Shown here in pieces: positions 1 to 8,991 of a DNA stretch of 35,381 nt. The stretch's first letter is position 1; every line of letters starts with the position of its first letter. The position numbers were made by a program, and so were the translations under genes. The stretch comes from a virus (Duplodnaviria > Caudoviricetes): positions 1 through 35,381 of the IMG/VR virus record IMGVR_UViG_3300030372_003937. One strand, given 5' to 3'. The notes beneath the pieces were generated by a model. It was given only the letters and a program-made list of their open reading frames with translations, did not search any database and had not been told where the DNA came from.

Positions 1-209
1 TGGACAAAAGACTTAGATCTGAATTTCCTCAGAAGTTTGATGTTAAGTCTAAAAATAACGGGGGAAGCCGTAAGGTTGCGTCAGCCGAGTCTTCTGCATC
101 CCGCAATAGAAGTGGACGAAAAACTGTGCGATTAACACCTTCTCAAGTTGCTATTGCAAAGAGGTTAAATGTACCACTTGAAGAATATGCTAAATATGTG
201 AGGGATTAA
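1..209 (+). CDS. 3' end of probable capsid scaffolding protein (truncated by window)
   Basis: Frame 3 is open from the window start to TAA 207-209 (DKRLRSEFPQKF...TVRLTPSQVAIAKRLNVPLEEYAKYVRD). The C-terminal helical hairpin resembles scaffolds and lies just upstream of the capsid genes. Not in the ORF track. Confidence 0.65.
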   Translation, partial: DKRLRSEFPQKFDVKSKNNGGSRKVASAESSASRNRSGRKTVRLTPSQVAIAKRLNVPLEEYAKYVRD

Positions 210-211
210 TC

Positions 212-697
212 ATGAATACTGAGAACACAACTCGCCAAAAGTCTACGAGAACGCCAAGAGCCAATCAAACTCGTGCAAGGCAAGCACGCAATGAACCTTG
301 GAAGCCACCGTCCATGTTGGACGCACCGCCAGCTCCAGAAGGATACAAGCATCGGTGGATTAGGGCTAACGTGATGGGTTTTGATGACCGTAAAAACGTA
401 TCAGCAAGATCTCGAGAGGGATGGGAACTGGTTCGTGGTGATGAATACCCTGATTTTGAAGCCCCAACTATTGATGACGGTAAACATGCTGGTGTTATAG
501 GTGTAGGTGGTCTTTTACTTGCAAGGATTCCGATTGAGGTTGTTGAGCAACGTGACAAATATTTTCGTGACATGACCAACAATCAAATGGCTGCTGTTGA
601 TAATGAGTTAGCTCGTGAACAACATCCAGCAATGCCTATCAGTAATCCTGAAAGGCAGTCTCGTGTAACTTTTGGAGGTCCTCAAAAAGAGGACTAG
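212..697 (+). CDS. Conserved head-module protein of unknown function
   Basis: 161 aa with AGGGA upstream; located between scaffold and capsid genes; motifs GYKHRWIR, EGWELV, GGLLLARIP. Confidence 0.7.
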   Translation: MNTENTTRQKSTRTPRANQTRARQARNEPWKPPSMLDAPPAPEGYKHRWIRANVMGFDDRKNVSARSREGWELVRGDEYPDFEAPTIDDGKHAGVIGVGGLLLARIPIEVVEQRDKYFRDMTNNQMAAVDNELAREQHPAMPISNPERQSRVTFGGPQKED

Positions 698-707
698 GAG
701 ATAGAAA

Positions 708-1352
708 ATGGCTAACAGTAATGGAAGCTTTGGTCTACGCCCTCTAATTAAACAGGGCAGTGCCGCTAACTCCACTGGTACTAATAACTATCCTTTCTAT
801 GAAATTGCTAATGGCAATACCAATAAAATTTACTCAGGAACACCTGTCATTCCCCTTTCAACGGGATTTATTGACGTTGTGGGTGCGGCTGCAGGTGGAA
901 CAGTTGGTTTGCTTGGTGTATTTCAAGGATGCGAATATGTTTCTAGTACCACTGGAAAACCCGTGTTCAGTAGGTCCTGGCCGGGGTCTGGGGCTGATAG
1001 TAATCACCCCGTAAAAGCGTTTGTTAATGATGATCCAATGCAACTTTATGTAATTGCAACGGATGCTTCTTTAACCAATGAAGCTGGAGCTCGTGCTGCA
1101 GTTTTTGCAAATGCTAATTTCTCAACCGCTACAACAGGAACGGATTCTACTGGCGTTTCTCTTGGCCGTTTGGCTGTGAGTACTATCGCTACAACAGCCG
1201 CTCTTCATATGCGGATTATGGGTTGGGTAGACGATCCTGAGAACGCTGATTTTGCAGCCGCTGGCATTGGCATGGTCGTACGCTTAAACAATCACTTTAA
1301 CAGTAACAACGGTGCTATCGTAGCTGGTACTCCGTCAACCACTGGCGTATAG
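708..1352 (+). CDS. Capsid decoration/cement-like structural protein
   Basis: 214 aa, Gly/Ala/Thr-rich and beta-rich, N-terminal MANSNGSFGLRP, AGGAG SD, directly upstream of the MCP. Confidence 0.65.
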   Translation: MANSNGSFGLRPLIKQGSAANSTGTNNYPFYEIANGNTNKIYSGTPVIPLSTGFIDVVGAAAGGTVGLLGVFQGCEYVSSTTGKPVFSRSWPGSGADSNHPVKAFVNDDPMQLYVIATDASLTNEAGARAAVFANANFSTATTGTDSTGVSLGRLAVSTIATTAALHMRIMGWVDDPENADFAAAGIGMVVRLNNHFNSNNGAIVAGTPSTTGV

Positions 1353-1364
1353 GAGGATTAGAAA

Positions 1365-2273
1365 ATGGCTATTAGTAGAGCCCAACTAGCTAAAGAGCTA
1401 GAGCCAGGTCTCAACGCCCTTTTCGGCCTTGAGTATGCCCGGTATGAAGATGAATCTACGGAAATATATGACACTGAGTCTTCAGAGCGTGCCTTTGAAG
1501 AAGAAGTGATGCTTTCTGGTTTTGGGTCAGCACCCGTTAAACAGGAAGGTTCCGCAGTTTCTTTTGATGATGCACAAGAAGCGTACACAGCACGGTATAC
1601 GCATGAGACTATATCACTTGCCTTTTCTATTACAGAGGAAGCAATTGAAGATAATCTTTATGACCGTCTTGCTTCTCGCTACACAAAAGCTTTGGCTCGT
1701 AGCATGTCTAACACTAAACAAGTGAAAGCTGCTGCAGTACTAAACAATGCTTTTGATAGCAACTTTACAGGAGGTGATGGAAAAGAGCTTTGTGCTACAG
1801 ACCATCCACTTGTAAATAACGGTACGCTTCGTAATGAACCCAGCACTGATGCTGACCTAAACGAAACCAGTCTTGAGAATGCTCTTATTGACATTTCAGC
1901 TTTTGTTGATGAGCGTGGTCTTAAAGTATCGGTTCGTGGATTAAAACTGATTGTCCCACCAAGTCTTCAATTTGTTGCGGATCGTCTTCTTGAGTCCACT
2001 CTTCGTCCAGGTTCTGCGGACAACGATGTTAATGCAATACGTAACATGGGTATGCTTCCGCAGGGTTATGTTGTTAACCATTATTTGACGGACACAGATG
2101 CGTTCTTCATTAAGACGGATGCTCCTCGTGGCTTCGTTCATTTTGAGCGTATGCCTATGTCCACAAAGATGGAAGGCGATTTCGATACTGGCAACGTAAG
2201 GTTCAAAGCCCGTGAGCGTTATAGCTTCGGTTTCTCTGATCCTCGTTGTGTGTATGGATCTAAAGGCGCATAA
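1365..2273 (+). CDS. Major capsid protein (HK97 fold, Mu gpT-like)
   Basis: 302 aa: MAISRAQLAKELEPGLNALFG, FSITEEAIEDNLY, LIVPPSL, FKARERYSFGFSDPRCVYGS. AGGAGG SD; followed by a terminator. Confidence 0.9.
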   Translation: MAISRAQLAKELEPGLNALFGLEYARYEDESTEIYDTESSERAFEEEVMLSGFGSAPVKQEGSAVSFDDAQEAYTARYTHETISLAFSITEEAIEDNLYDRLASRYTKALARSMSNTKQVKAAAVLNNAFDSNFTGGDGKELCATDHPLVNNGTLRNEPSTDADLNETSLENALIDISAFVDERGLKVSVRGLKLIVPPSLQFVADRLLESTLRPGSADNDVNAIRNMGMLPQGYVVNHYLTDTDAFFIKTDAPRGFVHFERMPMSTKMEGDFDTGNVRFKARERYSFGFSDPRCVYGSKGA

Positions 2274-2279
2274 AGCAAT

Positions 2280-2309
2280 GGGGGAGAGTTATCTCTCCCC
2301 CTATTTTCT
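2280..2309 (+). terminator. Rho-independent terminator after MCP
   Basis: Perfect 9-bp stem GGGGGAGAG-TTAT-CTCTCCCCC followed by TATTTTCT. Confidence 0.85.
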
Positions 2310-2379
2310 GGGAATAAAAGCCCTAGCGACTGTCCCAGCAGACGCTTACGAAGACTCTAGGGTTACTCTCGTAAGGAGG
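2308..2379 (+). ncRNA. Structured cis-RNA element downstream of the capsid gene (candidate Mu-gpT-DE-type motif)
   Basis: Three complementary pairings: CTGGGA 2308-13 with TCCCAG 2333-38; GCCCTAG 2320-26 with CTAGGGT 2357-63; CTTACGA 2345-51 with TCGTAAG 2369-75. The family call rests only on position downstream of a gpT-like gene. Confidence 0.55.
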
Positions 2380-2386
2380 AAGTAAT

Positions 2387-2935
2387 ATGACAAATACAAC
2401 TTTTACAGGTCCCGTTCGCTCTGAAAACGGATTTGAAGTAATTAACGTTAATGCTACAACAGGGGCCGCTACAAACACTTTTGATGTTGCATCAACAGGA
2501 ATAGTAACTAATAAATTTGTAAAACATGTTGGCTTTGCTACTGGTGTTACCGTTAACACCACGGCTGGTGATAGCGATAACATTGGTGAGTTCACTCAAC
2601 CTGCAAACACAATTATTACTGACATTAAAATATTCTGTGTTACAGCTCCTGTTATTGGAACTGGTGATATTGGCTACGAAGTTGGAACCTCTAGTTCTGG
2701 TGCTCAGATTGTTGCGGCACAGACAGATGAAATATTAGATGGTGGAACCACAGTTGTAATAGGTAACGTGACAACTACGGATCTTGTTTTACAGACACAG
2801 GATGCAACTACTGCACCTGCTTCTGTTCAGTACACATCAGCGGAAAGAACTATCTTTTGTAATATTACAAACACGGTAGATGCTACAACACAAGGTTCTT
2901 TTACGTTTATCATTGAATACGTACAAGTTGCATAA
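2387..2935 (+). CDS. Virion structural protein (head fibre/decoration-like)
   Basis: 182 aa, Thr/Val/Gly-rich, N-terminal MTNTTFTGPVRSENGF, AAGGAGG SD. Confidence 0.65.
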   Translation: MTNTTFTGPVRSENGFEVINVNATTGAATNTFDVASTGIVTNKFVKHVGFATGVTVNTTAGDSDNIGEFTQPANTIITDIKIFCVTAPVIGTGDIGYEVGTSSSGAQIVAAQTDEILDGGTTVVIGNVTTTDLVLQTQDATTAPASVQYTSAERTIFCNITNTVDATTQGSFTFIIEYVQVA

Positions 2936-2938
2936 ATT

Positions 2939-2967
2939 GAAGCGGGGAGATTCATCCCCCTTCTTTT
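2939..2967 (+). terminator. Probable Rho-independent terminator
   Basis: Imperfect stem GAAGCGGGGA-GATTCA-TCCCCCTTC followed by TTTT. Confidence 0.6.
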
Positions 2968-2981
2968 AAAAGGAGATAACA

Positions 2982-3386
2982 ATGGCTGATGCTGTAACGG
3001 CTACTACAGTTGAAGATGGTCCTAAAAAGGCTATTTTTTATCTTACAAACACTAGTGATGGAACAGGAGAGTCTGCTGTAACAAAAGTGGATGTTTCGGA
3101 ACTTTCTTCTTTGCAAGACGGAACAGCTTGCACAGGTGTTAGAATTAAAAAAATTGTTTTTACCAATGTTGGTATGGGTGTAAAACTTCTCTGGGATGCT
3201 ACTACAGATGTTATTGCAGCAGAACTTCCGGCAGATTACTCTGATACATTAGAATATTCTGATATGAGTGGTCTTCCAAATGTTGCAGCATCAGGCGGTA
3301 ATACAGGAGACATCCAATTAACTACCGTAGGACACAGCAGTGGAGATACCTATTCAATAGTCCTTCACTGTTTGAAACAATATTAA
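2982..3386 (+). CDS. Virion structural protein, unknown function
   Basis: 134 aa, beta-rich, AAGGAG SD, within the structural operon. Confidence 0.6.
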   Translation: MADAVTATTVEDGPKKAIFYLTNTSDGTGESAVTKVDVSELSSLQDGTACTGVRIKKIVFTNVGMGVKLLWDATTDVIAAELPADYSDTLEYSDMSGLPNVAASGGNTGDIQLTTVGHSSGDTYSIVLHCLKQY

Positions 3387-3390
3387 AAAA

Positions 3391-3603
3391 ATGGCTAAAA
3401 ATCTTGACAGAAAAAACGAGTTAGAACTCGTCAAGATACAAGGAGAATTGAAAGTTCTTTCTGAAAGAATAGAAACTATAAAATCTAATGACTTATTTCA
3501 TCTTCAAAAGTCATTGGATTTAATTACTAAAATTCTCTGGGGGGTAGGTATTTTAATATTGGGACAGCTTGCTGTTGGTATTCGTTTGGCTCTTTTTGGA
3601 TAG
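3391..3603 (+). CDS. Small coiled-coil protein with C-terminal membrane anchor (XhlA/holin-like candidate)
   Basis: 70 aa; heptad-like N-terminus followed by hydrophobic ILWGVGILILGQLAVGIRLALFG. Confidence 0.5.
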   Translation: MAKNLDRKNELELVKIQGELKVLSERIETIKSNDLFHLQKSLDLITKILWGVGILILGQLAVGIRLALFG

Positions 3604-3612
3604 GATTTAATT

Positions 3613-4512
3613 ATGGCAACTTCTGGTTCGGTAGATTTTAACCTAGACATGGCCGAAGTTACAGAAGAGGCTTTTGAAAGGTGTGGCCTAGAGTTTAGAA
3701 CAGGCTATGATGCCGCCACCTCTAGAAGATCTTTAAATCTTTTATTTGCAGAGTGGGCAAATAGAGGTCTTAATTTGTGGACGGTGGAACAGGTTACTCA
3801 ACCTTTAGCTCGATTATCTTCCTCTTCCTCTATTGATACTTATCCAATTGGATACATAACAGCTACTGTAGGAGCTTCAACTAATTTAAGTGTGGGCGAG
3901 ACTATTACAGGAGCTACTAGTGGTGTTACAGCATCTGTTATTGATAAGCCTAGTTCTACGACAATTAGAATAACTGTACCTTCTGGAAATTTTACAGCAG
4001 GGGAAAACATAACAGGTTCTAGTAGTTCTGCGACTACTACAATTAGTGCAAACCCTAGTTTATCAGATGTTCAAGCTACGGTAGACATGCTTGAAGCTGT
4101 CATTAGGAGAAGTGGTACAGATATATCTATAACTAGAATAAATAGAGGAGATTATCTTAGCACTCCTGAAAAAACAACTCAGGCTAGACCTTCTCAATTT
4201 TATGTAGATCGACAAATAACACCTACTGTTACTCTTTGGCCTACTCCTGAAAACTCAACAGATCAATTAATCTATTACAGAATTAGACGCATTCAGGATG
4301 CGGATGCTGGTGTTAACACTGCTGATTTACCATTTAGATTTTTGCCCTGTTTAGTAGCTGGGTTAGCGTATTATATATCTGTTAAAAAAGCACCTCAAAG
4401 GATAGGTCTTTTAAAAGATATTTACGAAGAAGAATTTCAAAGAGCCGCTTCAGAGGACGGAGAAAGAACCGCGTTGCGGTTGGTTCCTAGTTATTCTTCG
4501 CTGAGTATTTAA
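3613..4512 (+). CDS. Head-to-tail adaptor-like protein with an apparent inserted beta-rich domain
   Basis: 299 aa; helical ends (EEAFERCG, RRSLNLLFAEWANRGLNLW; LPCLVAGLAYY, YEEEFQRA) around a Ser/Thr-rich segment. Confidence 0.7.
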   Translation: MATSGSVDFNLDMAEVTEEAFERCGLEFRTGYDAATSRRSLNLLFAEWANRGLNLWTVEQVTQPLARLSSSSSIDTYPIGYITATVGASTNLSVGETITGATSGVTASVIDKPSSTTIRITVPSGNFTAGENITGSSSSATTTISANPSLSDVQATVDMLEAVIRRSGTDISITRINRGDYLSTPEKTTQARPSQFYVDRQITPTVTLWPTPENSTDQLIYYRIRRIQDADAGVNTADLPFRFLPCLVAGLAYYISVKKAPQRIGLLKDIYEEEFQRAASEDGERTALRLVPSYSSLSI

Positions 4513-4513
4513 A

Positions 4514-5017
4514 ATGCCTAGATATGCTTCTGGAAAATATGCTTTAGGAATATCAGACAGATCTGGCAGAGCGTACAAGTTAAACAACATGATTTTAGAG
4601 TGGAATGGTAGTTTAGTTGGTAAAGATGAGTATGAAGCTAAACAACCACAATTAGAGCCTCGAAAAGTTTTAGCAGATCCTCAAGCTTTAAAATTAAGCA
4701 GACCAGCTCGAACAGAACCCGCTGTTGAAGTTTTGTTACCGTTTAATTCGTTTAAATCTGGATCTAGTGGTTCTGCAATTATTACCGTTACAGAAATAAA
4801 TCATGGTAGAGTAACAGGAGATACAGTGAGATTCAGAAAAGTAGAGGCTTTCGATGGCTTTACAGAATCTGCTTTAGAAAATTCTTCTGGCTTCTCTATT
4901 ACTAAGGTAGATGATAACAGTTATACTTTTACTTCTGGAAGCGGAACTGCCACAACAGGAAATATAAAAGGTGGCGGTGGATTTTCTTCTGTAGGTCCTG
5001 TAACAGTGAGTGCATGA
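4514..5017 (+). CDS. Structural protein with C-terminal E1-FCCH-like beta domain
   Basis: 167 aa; N-terminal ASGKYALGISDRSG...EWNG...PQL; C-terminal ITVTEINHGRVTGDTV...ITKVDDNSYTF. Confidence 0.6.
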   Translation: MPRYASGKYALGISDRSGRAYKLNNMILEWNGSLVGKDEYEAKQPQLEPRKVLADPQALKLSRPARTEPAVEVLLPFNSFKSGSSGSAIITVTEINHGRVTGDTVRFRKVEAFDGFTESALENSSGFSITKVDDNSYTFTSGSGTATTGNIKGGGGFSSVGPVTVSA

Positions 5018-5018
5018 T

Positions 5019-5663
5019 ATGGCGTATACATTTACAACTTTAAAAACAGCTATCCAAGATTATACACAAAATACGGAAACGACTTTTGTTAATCAGTTAC
5101 CTCGTTTTATTTTAAATGCAGAAGAACGTATTCTTAAAGAATGTCAATTAGATGTATTTAGAAAAAATGTTCAAGGTTCTGCTACATCTGGAAATCAGTA
5201 TTTATCTAAACCAACTGATTTTCTAGCTCAAAATTCTTTGAGTGTAATTAATTCTTCTAGCAAAGAGTTTCTTTTGTATAAAAATGTTACGGCTTTACAA
5301 GATTTTACACCTAATCCAGCTACAACAGGAACTCCCAGGTTTTATGCAGATTGGGATAACGACACTTTTTTATTAGCTCCTACTCCTGACTCAAACTACA
5401 CGATGGAGCTTCATTATTTTTACAGACCTACTTCTATTACTGCCAGTGGAGATGGAACAAGTTATTTGGGGGATAATGCGGAACTTGCTCTTCTATACGG
5501 TAGTTTAGTAGAGGCGTATACCTTTATGAAAGGAGAGGCTGATTTGCTTCAACTTTATAATGCTAGGTTCCAAGAATCACTTCAATGGTTGAAAAATCTT
5601 GGTGAAGGTCTTCAAACTAGAGATCAGTATAGGTATGATAGAGTTAGAAGGGATGTTGCTTAA
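5019..5663 (+). CDS. Tail adaptor / tail tubular-like protein
   Basis: Start moved to ATG 5019 (MAYTFTTLKTAIQDY); motifs FILNAEERI, GTPRFYA, LAPTPD, LLYGSLVEA. Confidence 0.7.
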   Translation: MAYTFTTLKTAIQDYTQNTETTFVNQLPRFILNAEERILKECQLDVFRKNVQGSATSGNQYLSKPTDFLAQNSLSVINSSSKEFLLYKNVTALQDFTPNPATTGTPRFYADWDNDTFLLAPTPDSNYTMELHYFYRPTSITASGDGTSYLGDNAELALLYGSLVEAYTFMKGEADLLQLYNARFQESLQWLKNLGEGLQTRDQYRYDRVRRDVA

Positions 5664-5953
5664 TGTTTGACGGTGAAAGTCACACTAGTATTCCAGATCC
5701 TTTTGTATTTACAAGTAACAATAGAGGTCATTCTCCAGAGGAAATGGCAGAAATGGCTATGAATAAAATTATGGTAGTATCTAAAGATGCTCCTCCTGTT
5801 ATACGGGATCAAGCGATAGCACATAGAGATAAGTTGAAGGAAATACTTATTTTCTATATGAATAGAATGGCCCAGAGCGAAAGAACTACTATATGGGCTC
5901 TTATGAGACAACAAGGCCATGAAGATATGGCAGAGATTATAAGGAGGTTGTAA
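5663..5953 (+). CDS. Hypothetical protein (helical)
   Basis: 96 aa; TAATG-coupled to both neighbours. Confidence 0.6.
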   Translation: MFDGESHTSIPDPFVFTSNNRGHSPEEMAEMAMNKIMVVSKDAPPVIRDQAIAHRDKLKEILIFYMNRMAQSERTTIWALMRQQGHEDMAEIIRRL

Positions 5954-6462
5954 TGGCCGTTGGTTCTTCTGCAATGTGCGGTACTTTTAAAAGAGAAATA
6001 TTGGCTGGTATACATCGTTTGACTACAGCTACCAGAACAGGTTCTAGTTCAATATCAGCGGATACTTTTAAAATTGCCATGTTTACAAACAGTTCATCTA
6101 TTGATGCTGATACTACAGGATATACAACCAGTAATGAAGTATCAGGAACAAATTATTCTGCTGGAGGAGCGGCTCTTAGCAGTGTTACCATTGGACTTTC
6201 AGATAATAGCAGTTCTGTCCCTACTGCTTTTGTAGATTTTGCTGATACAACTTTTTCATCATCTACTATATCTGATGCTAGAGGGGCCTTAATATACAAT
6301 TCAACTCTTTCGAGTGCAGGAACTGGAGCAACTACAAATCATGCTGCAGATCCTGCGGTTGCTGTAATTAATTTTGGGGGAGATAAATCTTCAAGTGCAG
6401 GAGACTTTACTATTCAGTATCCTGCTAATGATGCAAACAATGCGATAATTAGGATTGCGTAA
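5953..6462 (+). CDS. Tail structural protein
   Basis: 169 aa; DTFKIAMFT, EVSGTNYSAGG, ARGALIYN, FGGDKSSSAGDFTIQYP; AAGGAGG SD. Confidence 0.65.
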   Translation: MAVGSSAMCGTFKREILAGIHRLTTATRTGSSSISADTFKIAMFTNSSSIDADTTGYTTSNEVSGTNYSAGGAALSSVTIGLSDNSSSVPTAFVDFADTTFSSSTISDARGALIYNSTLSSAGTGATTNHAADPAVAVINFGGDKSSSAGDFTIQYPANDANNAIIRIA

Positions 6463-6923
6463 TGTCGTCTCTTACTGGTTGGAATAGAGGATCTTGGAAT
6501 GAAGGGGCTTGGAACAGTCCCATCCCTCTTGCTGTTACTGGAGTTTCAGCCACCAGTGCGATTGGGTCTGCTGTTGTAACTCTTCCTATTACAGTGAGTG
6601 TTACTGGAGTTTCAGCCGCCAGTGCAGTTGGTTCTACTACGGTTAATGTTCCTGTTACGGTCACTCCAAGTGGAGTTTCAACAGCAAGTGCAATCGGATC
6701 GTCTACTATTATTACAAACTCTATTCTTTCGCCAAGTGGAGTTTCAGCATCAAGTGCTATTGGAAGCACACAAGTAAATACATCTTTTACTGTTACAGGG
6801 GTTTCAGCAGAAGGAAAAGTTAGCAATGCTTTAGTTTGGAGTTCTATTGATGATTCACAAACACCAAATTATAGTTCTATTGATGATTCACAAACACCAA
6901 ACTGGGTTAAAATAGCGGCATAG
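6462..6923 (+). CDS. Tail structural protein with repeated VTGVSAxSAxG units
   Basis: 153 aa; Trp-rich N-terminus GWNRGSWNEGAW and about five ~22-aa repeats. Confidence 0.6.
   Translation: MSSLTGWNRGSWNEGAWNSPIPLAVTGVSATSAIGSAVVTLPITVSVTGVSAASAVGSTTVNVPVTVTPSGVSTASAIGSSTIITNSILSPSGVSASSAIGSTQVNTSFTVTGVSAEGKVSNALVWSSIDDSQTPNYSSIDDSQTPNWVKIAA
6840..6901 (+). repeat. Tandem duplication, 33-bp period (SSIDDSQTPN x2)
   Basis: AGTTCTATTGATGATTCACAAACACCAAA exact at 6840-6868 and 6873-6901. Confidence 0.9.
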
Positions 6924-6933
6924 GAATAAAATT

Positions 6934-8658
6934 ATGGCATCATCATATACAACAAGTTTTGGCATAGAAAAGATTGGCTCTGGAGATCAGTCAGGAGCTT
7001 GGGGAACTACAACTAATCACAACTTTGATATTCTTGATAGAATAGCTTCTTTTAAAGCAGTTGGTCTTTCTGGATCAACTCATACTTTGACTGTTCGAGA
7101 AGCTTCTCCTGATTCAGGAACAGAAAACCTTCAAGATGGAATGTTCCGCGTAATACAATTTACAGGAGCTCTTGGTGCTAATAACACTGTAACGGTAGCA
7201 CCTAACACCACCTCTGCATATTTTATTATGATAAATTCAACTACGGACTCAGGATCAAGTGGTCCTTATTCAGTAATTGTATCTCAAGGATCTGGAGCAA
7301 ATATAACAATTGCAAATGGTAAATCTGCTATTGTTTATATGGATGGTGCGGGATCTGGTGCTGCTGTTGTAGATGCTATTTCCAATTTACAGTTAGCTAC
7401 TTTAACTGCTTCTGGAGATATTACATCTGCTGGAACGGTTAATGTAACTGGAGATACTGCTGCAGGAGATGATGCCTCTATCGGTCACACAGCCTCTGAA
7501 GGTTTGATCCTTACAGGTCAAGGAAGCACAAATGATGTAACTATTAAGAATGATGCTGATGCAGACGTAATTACAATTGCAACAGGTGGAACTAACGTTG
7601 ACATAGTTGGAGATGTTACTGCATCTACTGTTAATGCAGATGGAGATACTTCTGCTGGTGATAATGCAGCAATGGGATATACGGCTGCTGAAGGTTTGAT
7701 CCTTACAGGTCAGGGATCAACAAATGATGTTACCATAAAGAATGATGCTGACGAAGATGTATTGGAAATACCTACTGGCACAACAAATGTTAATGTTGTT
7801 GGTGATGTATCAACTAATGCTCTTGAAATAGGGCACGCTTCAGATACAACTCTGGCAAGATCATCATCAGGTAATCTTTCCATAGAAGGAAATTTAATAT
7901 ATCGTGCGGGTGGTACAGATGTGCCTGTTGCTGACGGAGGGACTGGAGCCAGCAGCCTTACGGATGGTGGCATACTTTTAGGGTCCGGGACGAGTGCAGT
8001 TACGGCAATGTCTGCTTTAGCAAAGGGCAGTATAGTTGCGGGAGATGGTGCAACAGATCCTGTTGAATTAGCAGTAGGTAGCAATGATACTGTATTGACA
8101 GCAGATTCTTCTGAAGCATCTGGTTTAAAATGGGCGGCTGCTAGTGGTGGAAGTGGCTACGAACTTTTAAGCGCAACGACTTGTAGTGGAACTTCTCTTG
8201 TATCTTTAGAAACAATGGAATCAGGTTACCATTATCGTCTCATTGCAAGTAATTTGGTTCCAGCAAGCAATAATCAGGACCTTTACGTACAAGTAGGTAC
8301 TTCTGGACCAAGTTATGCAACATCTGGTTATCAGTACATAGTTGGTGGATTTTTAGGAACAAATCTTACAAAAGAAACATCTACATCTGCTAGTCAGTTT
8401 CGAGTGATCGGTCAGGGAGGAGGAACTACAACTGGAGAACAAATATTTTGTGATCTTCATATCTTAAATCCTGCTACAAGTGAACGAACTATATTGTATG
8501 GAAACGTTGGTGGAAAAGACCATAGTGGTACTATGATTGAACAAAATTTTGTTGGCTTTAGATCAACGGCAGAGGCGAATACAGCGGTAAAAATATTTTT
8601 TGCTTCTGCTAATATTGCAACAGGTAACGTTTATTTTTATAGATTAAAAGCGGCATAG
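6934..8658 (+). CDS. Tail fibre / receptor-binding protein
   Basis: 574 aa; N-terminal anchor (GDQSGAWGTTTNHN), internal 64-aa duplication, VPVADGGTGAS fibre motif, C-terminal beta-rich head; followed by a chaperone gene. Confidence 0.8.
   Translation: MASSYTTSFGIEKIGSGDQSGAWGTTTNHNFDILDRIASFKAVGLSGSTHTLTVREASPDSGTENLQDGMFRVIQFTGALGANNTVTVAPNTTSAYFIMINSTTDSGSSGPYSVIVSQGSGANITIANGKSAIVYMDGAGSGAAVVDAISNLQLATLTASGDITSAGTVNVTGDTAAGDDASIGHTASEGLILTGQGSTNDVTIKNDADADVITIATGGTNVDIVGDVTASTVNADGDTSAGDNAAMGYTAAEGLILTGQGSTNDVTIKNDADEDVLEIPTGTTNVNVVGDVSTNALEIGHASDTTLARSSSGNLSIEGNLIYRAGGTDVPVADGGTGASSLTDGGILLGSGTSAVTAMSALAKGSIVAGDGATDPVELAVGSNDTVLTADSSEASGLKWAAASGGSGYELLSATTCSGTSLVSLETMESGYHYRLIASNLVPASNNQDLYVQVGTSGPSYATSGYQYIVGGFLGTNLTKETSTSASQFRVIGQGGGTTTGEQIFCDLHILNPATSERTILYGNVGGKDHSGTMIEQNFVGFRSTAEANTAVKIFFASANIATGNVYFYRLKAA
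7438..7810 (+). repeat. Internal duplication in tail fibre, 192-bp (64-aa) period
   Basis: GDTxAGDxAxxGxTAxEGLILTGQGSTNDVTIKNDAD twice; CTGAAGGTTTGATCCTTACAGGTCA exact at 7496 and 7688. Confidence 0.85.
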
Positions 8659-8666
8659 GTAATCAA

Positions 8667-8960
8667 ATGGCAAATGATAAAAAAGTTGTAAATGGTGTCG
8701 AAATTGAATTAACAGATGCAGAACAAGCCGCTCGTGACGCGGAGATAAAATCGTATAACGATGAAGCGCACACTAGGGCTTGGGTCTCACTTCGGACTCA
8801 AAGAGATCAAAAATTAGCAGATTGCGATTGGAGAGCTTGCAGTGATTTGTCTTTACCTGACAACTGGAAAACCTATCGTCAGGAACTCAGGGATCTGCCT
8901 TCAAAATATGATGATACAAGTGTTCAGGGGACCATAACATGGCCTACTGAGCCAAGCTAG
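8667..8960 (+). CDS. Tail fibre assembly chaperone
   Basis: 97 aa with the typical signature LRTQRDQKLADCDW...WKTYRQELRDLP...ITWPTEP. Confidence 0.8.
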   Translation: MANDKKVVNGVEIELTDAEQAARDAEIKSYNDEAHTRAWVSLRTQRDQKLADCDWRACSDLSLPDNWKTYRQELRDLPSKYDDTSVQGTITWPTEPS

Positions 8961-8991
8961 ATGCAAACGTTAATCTAGAATGGGTAGGTAA

